Assembly (NCBI GenBank): GCA_907165135.1
Contig: OU015566.1
Location: forward strand, 496,001 to 560,000
Source of the DNA: Oikopleura dioica
Taxonomy: Eukaryota > Animalia > Chordata
DNA: 64,000 bases
Reading direction: 5' to 3'
In this document: positions 36,791 to 50,504 of the stretch, one piece after another
How the letters are laid out: each line of letters begins with the position of its first letter
How positions within the stretch are numbered: the first letter of the stretch is position 1
Made by a program: the position numbers and the translations under genes
The notes under the pieces: model-generated
Database searches by the model: none
What the model saw: the letters and a program-made list of their open reading frames with translations, nothing else
Told to the model about the DNA's origin: nothing

Positions 36791-39010
36791 ATGGTCAGTT
36801 ACAAAGCCAGTCCTCAAATGAGCCACGTTGTTCAAATCCACGACCCTGTTCATGTTCCTGACAAAGAATTTCACGATTTAGAAGATCTCAAAGCCCTTTT
36901 CAGGTCTTATTGGTTTCATAATTAAATAAAAACCTCATTATGTGATCTATTTCCAAAGTAAGTAACCAAATCAAGATCACCGAAGAACGCCGATTTAAAT
37001 TTACGAAAAGCGATTCTCCGTCAATATATAAAAATCTTGACCAGTAAAAGAATACTTGTGAGGACGTTAGTAGATAGTAAAAGTGCTCATAGTGCTACTA
37101 AAACAGTCATGATGCCTCCCAGGATCAGAGTTCGAAATTTTTGGGACTAACTCTCATTGGCTCCCACTTTTTTGGAATAAGTGGTTGTCCCTTCGAACAG
37201 TTCGGGATCCCGAACCATTCGGGATTCTCCTAATGATTCGGGAGTGTAAGGAACTTTCATCTAACAGAACGGTCGAATTTTCGCATTATTAAATGAGATC
37301 AAAGGCCTACTGTAGAGAATGAAATCTTTCGAATTAACAGAAATTGACAGAGATTCAAATTCCGATGATTTTTAGAGTCAACAAGCGTGAATGCGCTTCG
37401 CGCCTGTCTTGTAGGAAATTTTACGGGTGATTCATTCATTTGGCATAAAAATATATTTTTCGAAAAACCTGAAAATGGCAACAGTGGCAACAAGGGCAAC
37501 AAGAGCATCTGAAAAAACAGCTTCTTGTCTCCAAAACCTGAAAATGGCAACAAGGGCAACAACGGCAATTCCTTCTTCTAGAGATGGAGGCGCAAAAGTA
37601 GAGAAAGTTGGCCTCCTGCAAAAATGAGTTCTCTACCAGATTTTGCGCGCAAGGGTCGCAGGCCCGCAGCGTGCTCATAAGCGTTGATAATTTCTTTTGG
37701 ATTTTCTTGTTCTAGCTAATATGTTTATTTTTTAAGGAGTATGAAAAACTCATTTAGAACAGAATTGGAGTATATTTTTGCGATGAAAAGACATGAAGCA
37801 GACGAAATGGCTAATTATTTAATTAGAAATTTATAAATTTTTATCAATTATCTAGTTCCATTTTACTAACAGCGTTCTGAACTCGTATTTGCTGTTAGTT
37901 ATTTGCTTGCATTTTCCTGACTGAGCAAAAAATAAACGCAAGAAAATTAATTGAAATCAAATCAAGAGACGCGCTCCTAAAACAACAACTGACAATTCAA
38001 AATCGGCCCAAGTCCTCAAAACCTGAAAATGGCAACAAGGGCTTGTTGCCTTTGTTGCCCTTATTGCCATTTTCAGGTTTTACCATATTTTTGGCTCTCG
38101 AGCATCGATTGACGTCGGAACAGATCACTACTAAGTCGTTCTATTTTTTTTTACTTTACTTAACGGACAACAAACATCGAAAAAACTCCGAATCGTTCGA
38201 AGACAAAAACCTCCATTTTCTCTTCCAATGATTCGGGAAATCCCGAATCATGCGGGATCCCGAACTGTTCGAAGTTTCAACCGGAATAAGTGGGCAGACT
38301 TAGAAGTCTTGGGGAGCGAAATTGGGAGCTGCGACTTTTTGAAAATTCCGAACTCTGCTCAGGATTCCGCTGACCAAAGCTAATTTCGCTCGAGGTGGTC
38401 CCGAATTTATTCATTTTTTCATCACTGAGGTGCTTCCAGGTGGTCACTATTTCAAAATAAAATAATTTTTATTATCATTCCAGGTGAACCAAAAAACACC
38501 ACCGCTATTCTGCCATGCACAAGAAAATCATTCGATGACCGCTTGTATCAGTTTCCAACTACTCCAAATCAATGTGGTGTGAAATCCGGCTGGAATGCGG
38601 AGATGCGCTCACTTTCAGAAGAAGATATTATGCTTATCCAATGCGTAGGTTATTATGTACGAATTTTAAATTACGGTTTTTTTAAGACTGGATGGAATCA
38701 TAATGATCTTTATCAAGCAATGATTTGGGTAGAAGTACAAGGTACGCTTTTTTTAATAGGACATTATTAAAAAAACTATCATTATCAAAAAATTATATTT
38801 TTCTGAGAGATAAAATTATCTGTTCATTATTAATATTACTAAGAGTTTTAACCCTAACTTAAGACTTACCATAATGGACCACTACATATGGTTTTTTTAG
38901 TGAATAGAAATTACTCGGACCAAAAATGTAAATCAATCTGCTGGTACATTGTTCTATTCTTTTTGCTCGGCGGCATCTTCGGCACCATTATGGAAGAATT
39001 GAGTGCGTAA
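36791..39010 (+). CDS. Unknown-family gene, copy P3 (short N-terminus)
   Basis: Reads MVSYKASPQMSHVVQIHDPVHVPDKEF, then NADLNLRKAILRQYIKIL, then PCTRKSFDDRLYQFPTTPNQCGVKSGWNAEMRSLSEEDIMLIQC, then WYIVLFFLLGGIFGTIMEELSA*. Confidence 0.6.
37191..38274. mobile_element. MITE inside copy P3
   Basis: TIR CTTCGAACAGTTCGGGATCCCG / CGGGATCCCGAACTGTTCGAAG. Internal CCTGAAAATGGCAACAAGGGCAAC repeats occur in both orientations. Confidence 0.7.
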
Positions 39011-39493
39011 AGTAACAAGGACAAAATATTCTCATTTTGAATTTTTTTCGCTCAAGCTCATAATATATCAATAAACTTTGTTAATCATCATTCTTTCCAA
39101 ATATTTCGAAAATTTATTGAAAATATAAAACAGTGGATTCTCTTTGGTGATTTCAGGCATCACCGCCAGTAGGTGTTTTATTTGCAAGATCATCGAAAAG
39201 AATGCAGTTTGGATCACGCTCGAGATAAACTTTCAAACAAGACGTTGTCCAGCCGAAGGAACTGATTCCCTCGAGAAAGTAGAACGCGTCTTTGGTCAAA
39301 AAAGTAGTTGCACAAGCGATTCGATAAGGAAGGTTCGGAAGCGGTTGAAAACGATTCGCAGACTCGCGGAGGTTGCTTGTTTCGATTTGATCTGATGGCT
39401 TTCCTTCTGAAAAGGGATCAGAGTAAATAATACCGGGTTGATATACCGTTGTTGATTCCGCCCCTTTTCGATGAAAAACCTCTCTAGAATATA

Positions 39494-39634
39494 CCGCGGT
39501 TGGCATTTCTGACTGACTAATTTTATTTTTCTAGATAGGTTACAAGGGCCTAGTTAGCACAAACGCCCTATGTTTTAGCGTTGCGAAATGTGCTAATGAA
39601 ATGTGCTTTAGTCAGTCAGAATTGCCAACCGCGG
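39494..39634. repeat. Short TIR element
   Basis: CCGCGGTTGGCATTTCTGACTGACTAA ... TTAGTCAGTCAGAATTGCCAACCGCGG. Confidence 0.6.
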
Positions 39635-40749
39635 TAGTTTTGTTTACAAAAACGCCCTTTTTGTGCGAGGAAAACAAATTTCTTCGAGAAAATTCGAGAA
39701 AAATGATAGTTGTTATGGGCTGAAAAAATTAAATTTGTTCTAGAGACCTTCATAACTGGCCATTAAACTTAAGAAACAAGTAGAAGAATATGAGTCCTAG
39801 TGGTTGGTGCTGCACTTGCTGTCGCTTCTTCGGGTACTGCTGGTTTCTGCTGGATAAAAAAGAGTCAAGTTGTTTTTTTCGGTTTTATCCCATTGAATGA
39901 ACCAACAGCAAAGTGCACGCTTTCTATACAGTTGACTCGCACAATTTGGACCCGCACCATTTGGCCCTTTTTTTCGAATTTGGCGAGAATTAATGAAATT
40001 CGCTCAATAAGCCATTTTTGTGAATTTCTGTTAAAATTGAGCCCCTATACAGCCCCACACGCAAGACAAGTAAAAAGTAGATAGGGGTCAAAGTTGGGAA
40101 AATTTGGGGGATCCCTTAAAAATGATTATAAGAACACACCAGATATAGTTTGACTTGAAACATTTGAATTACTATTCATTTTTCTGGTAGTTTATGGTAG
40201 TTAACTGTTTACTACGTTCTACGTGCTTCATTTTCTTGTTGTAATGGTAGAAGATGATCGCATTTCGAACTCTGATGGCCACCGCAACAGCCAAGCGACT
40301 GATTTCGTGACTATTTATAAAATTTATCAATAAGAAAACTCCAACTAAATTCAAAACAGTTCTTTTGACAAGTTAAAGATGAGGATAAGAAGAGTGAAAC
40401 TGCAACTGCATGTTTTTAAACATGAGCGCACAGTTTCCGTTTCTTCAAGGAGGTATTTTTTAAAATCAGAGTCGAGACAATTAGCGACAAATAACAATTT
40501 TATTTAATTATTTTTACAATATTAAATTTAAAAAAAAAAACGCGCGATCATTGGTGATTTTCCATTTTCGCCCACTTTGCTGGCTCATTATTTCTCAACC
40601 CTTCTATAGATTTTTTTGGAAAAAGGGTCAAAATGCTTGTTTTTGATAATATTTACGCATATCTGATTTTGAGAATTATACGAGCACTGTTTCGGGCCAG
40701 AGTTGGAAATCTATGGGAGTAAAACTGGGAGCTCCCTTTTTTGAGAGCA

Positions 40750-42580
40750 CGGAGGGAGCAGGAGCACAGGTTTTCAGGGCTGGAAGTAAATTGGGAGCTC
40801 CCAATTCGCTCTCAATTTCAAGAATTTTTAGAAAATAAACAATTTCAGTCTCGAATCTAATCTGTGCACCGTAAAATGAGAAACGCTAACTCTATAGAAT
40901 TTTCTTAGAAGAGACGTTTTTTGACTGGATATATTTAATAACGTCTCTTTTAAAATTTCATATAAATATATAGCCAAAATAACATCTAGTTTTACTTAAC
41001 GCCGGAACGCATAAAATTTTTTCAAGGTTGAACGCAGATCGTACCAATTAATTGGTACGCCCCTTTTACCCCTTTTTAACAATGAAACTGATAAGTCTAC
41101 TGAATAAATGATACAGATAAATGATTCTCAGACGCTTAGCTTCAATTTCATCCCCATATTATATTCATATCATAACATAAATATGAATAAATATGCGTAT
41201 TTCCAAATGTGTCGAATGACGACGTAATGGCGATTTATTGTTGAAAGAACATATAAATATCCGAGTTCAAAATTTCGTTCAATAGCTAAAATCAAAAATT
41301 TTCAAAAAAAATTTTTCTTGACACCGGAATCGAATTCCTCGATAAAAAGTAGCTCCATAAATGGGGGTTAATTTTTTTCTACCATAAAGTAAAAGTTGAG
41401 TTATGGGGCATTAAAGGGCCCTGTACCAATTAATTGGTCGCCCTGCGTTTCGGCAATAAATAATTACAACAAAATGTATTTTTCTTAGATTATTAGCATA
41501 ATTATTAATAAGGATACCGTGTTTGCTCAGATTTTTATTAGAAGAGACGTTTTTTGATTCGATTTTTTTTGAAATGTCTCTCATGAAATTTTAAATAAAT
41601 AATTAAGAACCATATTATCATATAGGCTGGAATCAAGCTCAACTTTGGGATGGAATGAAAAGAGTTCAAGACCAATGTAAGTTCAGATGACACGATTCAA
41701 AAGAAAAATGAGTATTTTCGCAAACAGACGTTTCTATTGCGAACTCTCCTGCAAAAGCGTCGGCTGTGGTATGATCACATTTCTTCTCATAATGATGATT
41801 TTAATGCCTGACGGTATACTCCATCCTGTTATCTTTGGCTGACTTCAGAAACAATTAAAATTTTATGTATATTCAATCAGAGTTCGAAATCTGGTAGTAA
41901 ATCCGTGCTTCCGCTCGCTCCCTGCTCCCTCACCCTGAAAAAAGGGAGCTCCCTCGTAAAAAACCCGTGCTCCCGCTCCCTCCCTGCTCCCAAAAAAGGG
42001 AGCTCCCAAAGCCCCCTTTTTTCAAATTTCAAAAATTTTCGAAAGTTTTTCATTTTATTAAGTAAACTCTTAGTAGCAACACCATCGTTGTATGATTATT
42101 ATATAGTGATGATTAAGAAAGTATAAGTAGGCATAATGGAAAATAGGCAAATTTCGTGAATGACTTCAACGTTTTCTTATCATAATATAGCCGAATCTAG
42201 GTCAATTTTAGGCTATTTATTTTAATAAAATTTCAGGAGAGACATTTCAAAAAAAATCGAATCAAAAAACGTCTCTTCTAATAAAAATCTGAGCAAAAAC
42301 GGTATCCTTTTTAATAATTATGCTAATAATCTAAGAAAAATACATTTTGTTGTAATTATTAAAGTCAAACTAAATGTTATTTTGGCTATATATTTATATG
42401 ATATTTTAGAAGAGACATTTATAAATCTATAATGTCATAAAAAAAGTCTCTTCTAAGAAAAATACTATAAAGTCAGCGTTTCTCATTTTACGGTGCACAG
42501 ATTTGATTCGAGACTGAAATTCCTGAAATTGGGAGCTCCCAATTTACTACCAGCCCTGAAAACCTGTGCTCCTGCTCCCT
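40750..42580. mobile_element. Composite foldback-like repeat
   Basis: 40750-41000 (GAGGGAGCAGGAGCACAGGTTTTCAGGGCTGG...CTGTGCACCGTAAAATGAGAAACGC) recurs inverted at ~42370-42580, and 41470-41570 recurs inverted at 42250-42360. Outer ends not resolved. Confidence 0.55.
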
Positions 42581-43668
42581 CATATAATTTTGATTCTAGA
42601 GAAATTGAATCTGAAACAACCGGATCTGTTTCCGATTGTATAATATATACGAAGTCCCTTAGCTGTAGCCCACGCTCGTAGGGTCCGCACGTAAAAAAGG
42701 GTCGCATCAATATTATCAAAAAACGACAACGATAAGATGATAGAGTATCTGAAGCTTAAAATTTTTCATGTTGTTTTTTATATACGGTGAATCAAATACT
42801 GGCCCAATAGATTTTATCAAATGCTGGCAGCCAGCAGCGAGCCCAAGCGCGAGTGAAACATTTTGAATTCGACCAGGTGTTCGATGTTTTCTTCTAAGCC
42901 CTGCTCTTTCATTATCGTTCTTCCTTCGCGAAGTTCAAAAAGCTACAAGTTTCCTTCGGTTTTGGTGTTTTTCGGGGCTAAAATCAATAAATCGCAATTT
43001 TGGAAAAGAACATTCACTCGTTTGGCGGGTGCCAAGGCTAACAATCCGTTGGTTTACAATTTTGTGAACCTGCTTCACAGTTAAGGTCAAAAAGTGACTC
43101 ATCTTCACTGAAGGCGCGGTTGTATTTTGATGAAATCACGTGCGGAGCGCATAAAGTTCCCTGATATCAGAGTTGGAAATGCAGTAGGGTAGTAACGTAG
43201 TTATGTAGAAAATAACTACATTTAACTTTATCGGACGGTAGTTATGGTATTATGTAGCAGCGATTTGAATAATTGTTTATTATGAAGCATTAATGATTGT
43301 ACTGTCAAACTGACTCCTAAAAAGGCCCTGATTGTTATATCAATTATTCCTTTTCTGAAAAATTAATATTTACAGATATTTAATGGCATTTATGGTGCTC
43401 ATTTCAGAATTTTATCTTCAAATGATTAAACAGCTCTAGAGATTTTCCTGTGAATTATTCAATTGTTGGGAATAACTAGGGGTCTTTTCCCGAATTTTGT
43501 CCATCATAAAATGCTTAATAAAGCAGTTTTTTTCGAGGAACCTGTAATAATCAACCAGCGCAACATACGCAACAAACAAAGTTAAAAATTAACTCATAAG
43601 GCTGATAACCTGAATTTGTCAACTTATGCAGAATTTATTTTAATTCTGGAGACATGCCTGAGTGTTAC

Positions 43669-44170
43669 CAGAGTTGGAAATGTAGTAGGGTAGTAACGTA
43701 GTAATGTATTAAATAACTACATTTTACTACATCATGTGATAGTAATGGTAGTATGTAGTAGCATTCTCAGAAGTATGTAGTAATACTACATAACTACATG
43801 CAGTTCTAGAGATAAATTTATTTTTGGAAAATAAGCCATTTTTCGCTTTATTCTATCCAAAAGAGACGAATTTTTTTTCACGTTATCTATGTCTCTTTTC
43901 TTTATTTAAAAGTGTTTCTTAATATACAACTAATCTAGTTTGACTTTCAAAAATTTTCAATTTAAGTTATTTTATTGGTAGTAAATGGTAGCAAACTCGT
44001 TACTACATACTACCATTACTACAAAAAATTGTAGTAAGTAGTATGTAGTAGCCGTTTTTGGAAACCGAGGCAGTAATTCAGTAATGTAGTAGAGATATTA
44101 TTGAGCGCTGTATTCTGGTGGTAGTAATGGTAGTATGTAGTAGCAACATGTTACTACATTTCCAACTCTG
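43669..44170. mobile_element. Non-autonomous hAT-like element (502 bp)
   Basis: TIR CAGAGTTGGAAATGTAGTA / TACTACATTTCCAACTCTG with 8-bp TSD AGTGTTAC on both sides. Many TAGTA/TACTA subterminal motifs. Confidence 0.9.
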
Positions 44171-46635
44171 AGTGTTACATCTCCTCCATTGAGTTTCCTA
44201 CCAATTAACCCGCGGAGCGGGCAATAACCTTGAGCTAATCAATGAAAGACGTAAAGAAAAAGCGCTTTATTTGTAAAAGATAATTGATTATTTTTAGTTT
44301 GTGATCTTTGTCGTCTTTTTTGACCACTGAATATTTCGCCGGCTACTCGGAATTCAGTAATCCCCATATCATTGAGGCCAAATGATATGGCCCATATGTG
44401 ACTACGAGTTTTTGATCAAAGAGGAATTGCAAAAGAAAATTGGTGTATAAATAGGCAAAGTGTACGGAGCTATATTTTCGAATGTCCATATACAATATAA
44501 TACATCATGAAAACTTGTCCGGGGCAATTTTCGGACAATAAAAATCAAAATTTTTCTAAAATTGGAGTTTTTGCTCAATCTTCGGCAAAAAAAACCAATT
44601 TCAAACGCGATTTTTAGGGTGTTAAAGTCGAGAGAGACCCCGGAAAAATAAAGCCTCAAAATCGTTTTTTTCCTTGTTGAGTCAATTTTTGGGATCATTA
44701 TTATGAAAAGCCGATTTTTCATTTTTCGAAAATTATTTACGGGGGAGTCCATAAAAATTTAAATTACGATAATAAAAGTTCCTGATTTGGGCTAAAATTG
44801 CGAATTTTAAAGAGATGGGTTGGTGCTTTGCTCTCTTAATGATGATTTGACGATAAAAATTTTTGTAGAAAAATGTTGCATGTAAATTTTGCCTATCTGT
44901 AGCCGAAGAAAGAATTTGAAAATCTAAGCGTGCTTGGCTTCGAGCGCCGGTCTAGATTCGGGTTTTTTCGGAAAACCTAATTCTACCTCGTTAACAAATT
45001 CTTTAATAAATCAATTATATTTCATGAGAATACTAATTTGAGTATTCTAAGCCGAATTTCAATTCTCCAGATAAGATTTATTTTTCAATAAAACTACTAG
45101 AGCAATCCCAAAGTTTCTTACAAGACAGGCACTCAGCGAAAAGCTGCATCGAATTTAGGCTTTTTGAGAAAATTTGGTACAGTCATTTCTCAAATTTGTT
45201 AGCAGAGATAAAGCGCCCCTTGTTAAGAAACATGGGTCTCTTTGATAAGAGTTCGAAATCTGAGAAGAAATGGCGACTGCCACTGCCAATTGACCGCCAA
45301 TAACTGCCGATTTTATCAGAAAAATGTTTAGCTTTAACTAAGTTATAAACACTTTTTGACAAGTATGCTATATAGAAGAAACATTATCCGAGATATAAAC
45401 GTCTCTTTTGATAAGAAAAATAGAATAAAAGGTCTCGCGAGCAGGATTTGATCATAAGCAGGATAGACTGAAAAACATCTCGGAATGTTGCTCAGTTTTC
45501 CGGAAAACTTCTTGGAACATGGCAGACTTGACCATCGTTCTATTGGAATTTGCGATGGGAATCTCGAGTGTATTGTTGATGAGGCTGGACATCTAAAGTG
45601 AGTGAAACAGGGATAAGTTTAAAAACCGAGTCAACGATGATCTAATTTTTTTTTTCCTCTTTGAGACACTTTTACAGGAGGATCTTCAATTTTGTGGATA
45701 TTTTTTCTGTAGAGAAAATTTTCGAGACGATTTATTCTGACTCTTGATATTTTTAACGAAAGAAAAAAATTACTTAATTATAGATATTTTACTAAACTAT
45801 GTTTTAGATGGCCAAAATTGCCAGCCAACAATCTCGTCTACACCATTTCCCGATTCTGATGGCCACACTTTTGAATTTGAATATTTCGACACTGGTCCCA
45901 ACGAAGGTGATATGCGGTCAATAGGAGATTTATCTCCCAGTTCGTATTTTGGCGAAATAGGCGATTAATGATTAAGTCCATCAAGAAACTTCTGTCGCAT
46001 TCGACTCTTCACAGTTACTGCTCGCTAAAATCGCTTCTTCTTCAAATTTTACCGGAACGCTAAGCTCAAAAAGAAGAGGGAAGAATATTTAGTGGTTTTA
46101 CAATTATCCGTTTTATGAAAAGAACACAAAACTCCGCCAAAGGCATGTGTGCGTCTGACGCCCGCTCGAGCTAGTTCATCTTCAACTTTAACAACTCGTG
46201 GCGAACTGATACAACTCGTTGTGAACTGCTACGACTCGCTGTGAACCTCTTCTTCTCAATCCGAACTGTTCTAACTGACCATCATCTGTTCCAGCTGAAT
46301 ACGAAGCTAAAGTTAACCCTATATAAACCCTCTCGTTTCCCCTTCTTCACCATAACCATTCTCACTTTGCTCGCTCAGAGAATTATTCAATAAAAGCTCA
46401 AAAACTTTACTTTTCCATATACAGCCAACTTTGCTCAGTTGTCTGTATATTTCTCTTGTGTTCACTTATTTGAATCGGTTGCAAAACCATAAAAGATACG
46501 AAAACAACAAGACAAGTCAAAGCGATCTCTCGTTTTGTCGAGAAAATACCAAATCCATACTGCTGAAGAATAAAAAAAAAATAAATTTTATTGATCAATA
46601 AAAATTCAGTAAAACAACTCACAAAGGTAGTCACC

Positions 46636-47996
46636 CTATTTCGTTGCTCCACTGGCGTACGTGAAACCGAGTTGTTGATTGCAAGCGGCGCAATAATGGG
46701 TTGTATCCTTAAGGGGGAGGTCGTCGAGAAAATTTTTTTCGCCTTTTCAAAATTTTGATTATATTTTTGGATTCCTCGATAAAAAAGGAGTATTTTTGGT
46801 CTCTAGCATTTTCTCAATTTGTTAACTTTTTAATGTAAAATTTTCGATTTTAAGTCTCGAACTTGAAATTTCTTGAAAATTATTAGTTGGTGATTTCGTC
46901 CAAAAACTATCTGAAACTTATTTTTATGCACAAGGCATTGTTTTAAAATGATTTCTGACTAATTATTTTTAAATAAATCCTAGTCTTTGTAATTTTTGTA
47001 AAAATTTCCATGAAAAATGGCTAAAAATGTCGATTTTGACGAAAATCGAATATTTTTAATCAATAAGAAAAAAATTTTTATGAAAGTTACCCTTAATTTT
47101 TTGATCACCGGTTAATTTTTAAGGGTCTAAACTATTTATAAATTATAATTGATGAAGAAAAAAAAACTCGGTTTTCGAGATTTTTTGGTCACGAGACACC
47201 CCCACTTCAACCCTAATTTTTAAAAAATTTTTCAAAAAATTTTTTTTTCTGCTTTTCGCCGGTTAATTTTTCAAACCCTTTTCTTTTAATCCGAAAAGTC
47301 AGAATTTTCACTAATCGGGTTTATCCGCATTTTTGGTCACGGAAATCCCGATTCTCGTCGACCTCCCCCTTAAATTTCTAAAAAAAAGTGAATTTGAATA
47401 TATTTGAACCTTGAGCGATGGGGCGCAAAACGCAATCCAGGAGATTGGCCAGACAAAAACAAGAAGGATAATGAAAATAAGGAAAGTGTATCCTCCAATT
47501 GATTTTTCGATCGAAGACATTCCCTTTGAAAAAAATAACACACAATTGCGAAGTTTTTTTACCTGGTAACCGCAAATCGGACATTTGCAGAAAACACTAT
47601 CGTGGCCAAGTTCAGGCTGTTTTTCGGGAATAGGAGATCGAGCTGGAGCAGACTGCATTTGCGGAGCATTTTGCTGGACATTAATGATCACGGGCTGCAG
47701 AGTTGGTGATGGCGCAGGTTGTGGAGGCAACGGTGATGGGGGAGCTGGAGGTGGCATGATTGACGATGGTGCTGCTTGCGAATGAAGATACGGATTCTCC
47801 TGGGGAGCTAGAGAATACGCTGGAGGAGGTTCAGAATAACCAGGAGGCATCGCATAACCAGGCAGATCCTGTCCATATCCTTTTTGAATGAACAATTGCC
47901 GAATGATTTATGTCAAGTCTAAATACCTGTACCGGAAGGGGTAGGAATCTCGGCCTCTTCTTTTTCGCCAGAATCGGCAGGCGCCACTTTGCCCAT
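46636..47996 (-). CDS. LITAF/CDIP1-like zinc-ribbon membrane-associated protein
   Basis: Pro-rich N-terminus with PPGY/PPAY motifs, CKCPICG, hydrophobic TFLIFIILLVFVWPISWIAFC, and last exon DTTHYCAACNQQLG. Short introns, e.g. 47880-47926 (47 nt). Confidence 0.85.
46713..47369. mobile_element. TTAA MITE (657 bp) at the last intron/exon boundary of the LITAF-like gene
   Basis: TIR GGGGGAGGTCG(T/A)CGAGAA, with TTAA at 46709-46712 and 47370-47373. Confidence 0.9.
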
Positions 47997-49458
47997 TTTT
48001 ATGATCTAATTGTTTGAAAGAAAATATTATAAAGACAACATTTGTTCTAGAAGTAAACAATCCTTTATTCAAAATAAAATAAGTTTTTTCAGCGCAATTC
48101 AACGCAATGATCACAACAAAGACTCTCTTCCATGATTCTTTATCAATCTTTTTTATAGAGAAAATATAAAATACCTACTGCCGATCCGAAAATAATACGA
48201 ACAGGAAATCAAAAACATTTCAGGTAGAAGACAGTCTCATAATTGTTGGGACTCGCAATTTTGTAAACATCGAATTATTTCACGAAAAAGACAAGCAAAA
48301 ACAAGACTGTCTCCGCTGGATAACAATTATAGAAATTTCTGGAGAAAATTCGAGAAATCTGCTGAAGGACTCGAAAAACGTCGGATTTTTAATTCCATCG
48401 GTAAGTTTTTCCTTTTTCCCATCCGAAACATCTTCAGGGACGATTTTGCCGGCGAATGCTCTCCCTTTCATAACAGTCTTGGGATGAAACAAAGCTGGAG
48501 TTGTGGCGCTTATTTGCTTGTCAGTTGGACTTTGCAGCTTTGTTTTCTCGGGTAATAACACGCCGAATCATGCAGATTTGTCGCCGAGGTTTTCTGGCGC
48601 GACTTTTGGGATAACCAATACTTTGGGGACTATTCCAGGGACGAGTTAATAAGGCAATCTTTCAATTTTCCCCAATTTGAGGATCGACGACCTAGCTCAA
48701 ACTGTGATCCTTATACAGTCACGGACATCATGTGCAGAACGACAATTCTTGATGGAACTGGTGATATTGCCCTGGAGTACAGGTTAGTTTCTTATATTCA
48801 TTAATTCTAAGCTTTCGGCTGATTGATTCTTATAAATTAAGAGGCTTCATATAAGAGAACGGATACCCTCGGTTCACCGGTATCTGGGGTGAGGGTGAGG
48901 GAGTTGAACCACAATACACGAAGATTTTTAAAATAAATAGATTATCATACTACCGTTGAATATATTTATGTAGAAAAAATGAATATGTGATTATTATGAA
49001 TAAAGCGCTCCTAAAATGATCGATCTGATGAACCGTGACTACGTCAATACGCGAAGCAATCTTGAACTTTTGAAGAGTGCTCGTGATGACAGGCAAAAAA
49101 AGCCTGAATCTTTCATCCAATAATTTTTGTCTTTGCTGCGAATTTACAAACTGTTTATATTTTTTGTATTTTAATTATTTAATGAACCCACCTTTTTTCA
49201 TTTTTTTAATTATTTTATTTAATAAGGCAATAGGAATGATATTCTTTCTTTTTAATCGACATAAGACTAATAAGCGAAAAACTTAGCGAAATAATTCTTG
49301 CTTTATTTACTTGTCTTCATAAAATATTGAAAATTTAAAATCTTTTTAACAAAAATCTTCTTTTGATAAGCAATCAATGCAAGTTGAAAATTTGAGAATC
49401 TCTAGAATTCGTATTGTGAAGATGTTGTGAAAACGGTAAAAGTAATCAGTTACAAGTT

Positions 49459-50504
49459 ATGAGTTATTTTGACGACTACCAGTTCGGCGATGGAAAGAAT
49501 GATCAGTGGGAATCAGCATTTGATTCTGGCTACAGTTACGGGCAGACCCCTCAGGACACAGCTGTTAGAATGCCGAACTTCGGCAGCCGAAGGCAGTAGA
49601 GACGTTACAGTGGGCTCCTATCTCTGATAACACAAGCTCTTCATTCAACAACAATTCTTACTTTTCACCAAACCAATCAGCTCCGCTCCAAGCTGCTCCG
49701 GTACAAGCTTTGCCCATCGTTGCCACCCAAGAATCCGTAGAAATTTATCGAGCACCGATTTTACGAATTCATCCAGAAATTGTCATCGATGCTGAAATAA
49801 AACATTTGACCACGATCAAGTCAAAATTCAGGAAATCGAGTTCGAATTTCTTACAAAATTGCTTTTAAAATCGCATTTTCTAATTTAAAATTAGAGTCGA
49901 GGAAGGCGGAGATATCCAATTGCGAAAAGAAAGACTTTATCAATTTTTACAGATTATTCAAAGCCGAGAAATTGTAGTCGGTGAACATGGGCATCCTCCC
50001 CGTTTTCCTCTAACTGCAGCGAGTTTTCAAGAAGCAAGCCCAAGTCTTATCTGCTACGTTATTGCTTTCATTCTACCAGGTTAAATATCTTTCTCATGAC
50101 GGATTTCGGAACTTGCAATTTTATGCCAGCAAGCCAGATTTTCTCCCCTGCTCGGACCCTGCTGATGATCGTCTCTACCGATTTCCCGTTGAGAAAACTT
50201 TTTGTGGGACCAAGCCCAATTGGGACGAAACAGTACCTCCTTCGGAAGAAGACATGATGATCATGGAAGTCGTGAGTAAAATCAACTTTTTGAATTATTT
50301 GAAACAAAAATTTTTCAGACCGGCTGGAGCAAAGAACAACTTTATGCAGGGATGAAGAAGGTCCAAGCTGAATGTAAGAGAAGAATTTTTTTAGTCAATT
50401 AAGAATTTTTAGTGACAGATCGATATACTGTCATGATTACCATGAGAATTGTTGGGCCCGTCGTCTTTTTCCTCATAGTCATAAGTAAGCTGAATGAACG
50501 CTAA
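49459..50504 (+). CDS. Unknown-family gene, copy P4 (apparent frameshift in exon 1)
   Basis: Reads MSYFDDYQFGDGKNDQWESAFD, ESVEIYRAPILRIHPEIVID, VEEGGDIQLRKERLYQFLQII, PCSDPADDRLYRFPVEKTFCGTKPNWDETVPPSEEDMMIMEV, and MRIVGPVVFFLIVISKLNER*. Confidence 0.65.

Noticed and set aside
39144-40400. Possible multi-exon minus-strand gene
   Set aside because: The fragments look coding, but I could not link them with consistent splice phases or a known domain.
44300-45968. Possible plus-strand gene fragments (EHGRLDHRSIGICDG..., DGQNCQPTISSTPFPDSDG...)
   Set aside because: Too fragmentary; no defensible model or product.
48150-48790. Coding-like minus-strand segment (93-aa ORF plus upstream sequence)
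   Set aside because: Multiple stops and no recognisable domain. It may be a decayed gene or TE, but I cannot support a call.
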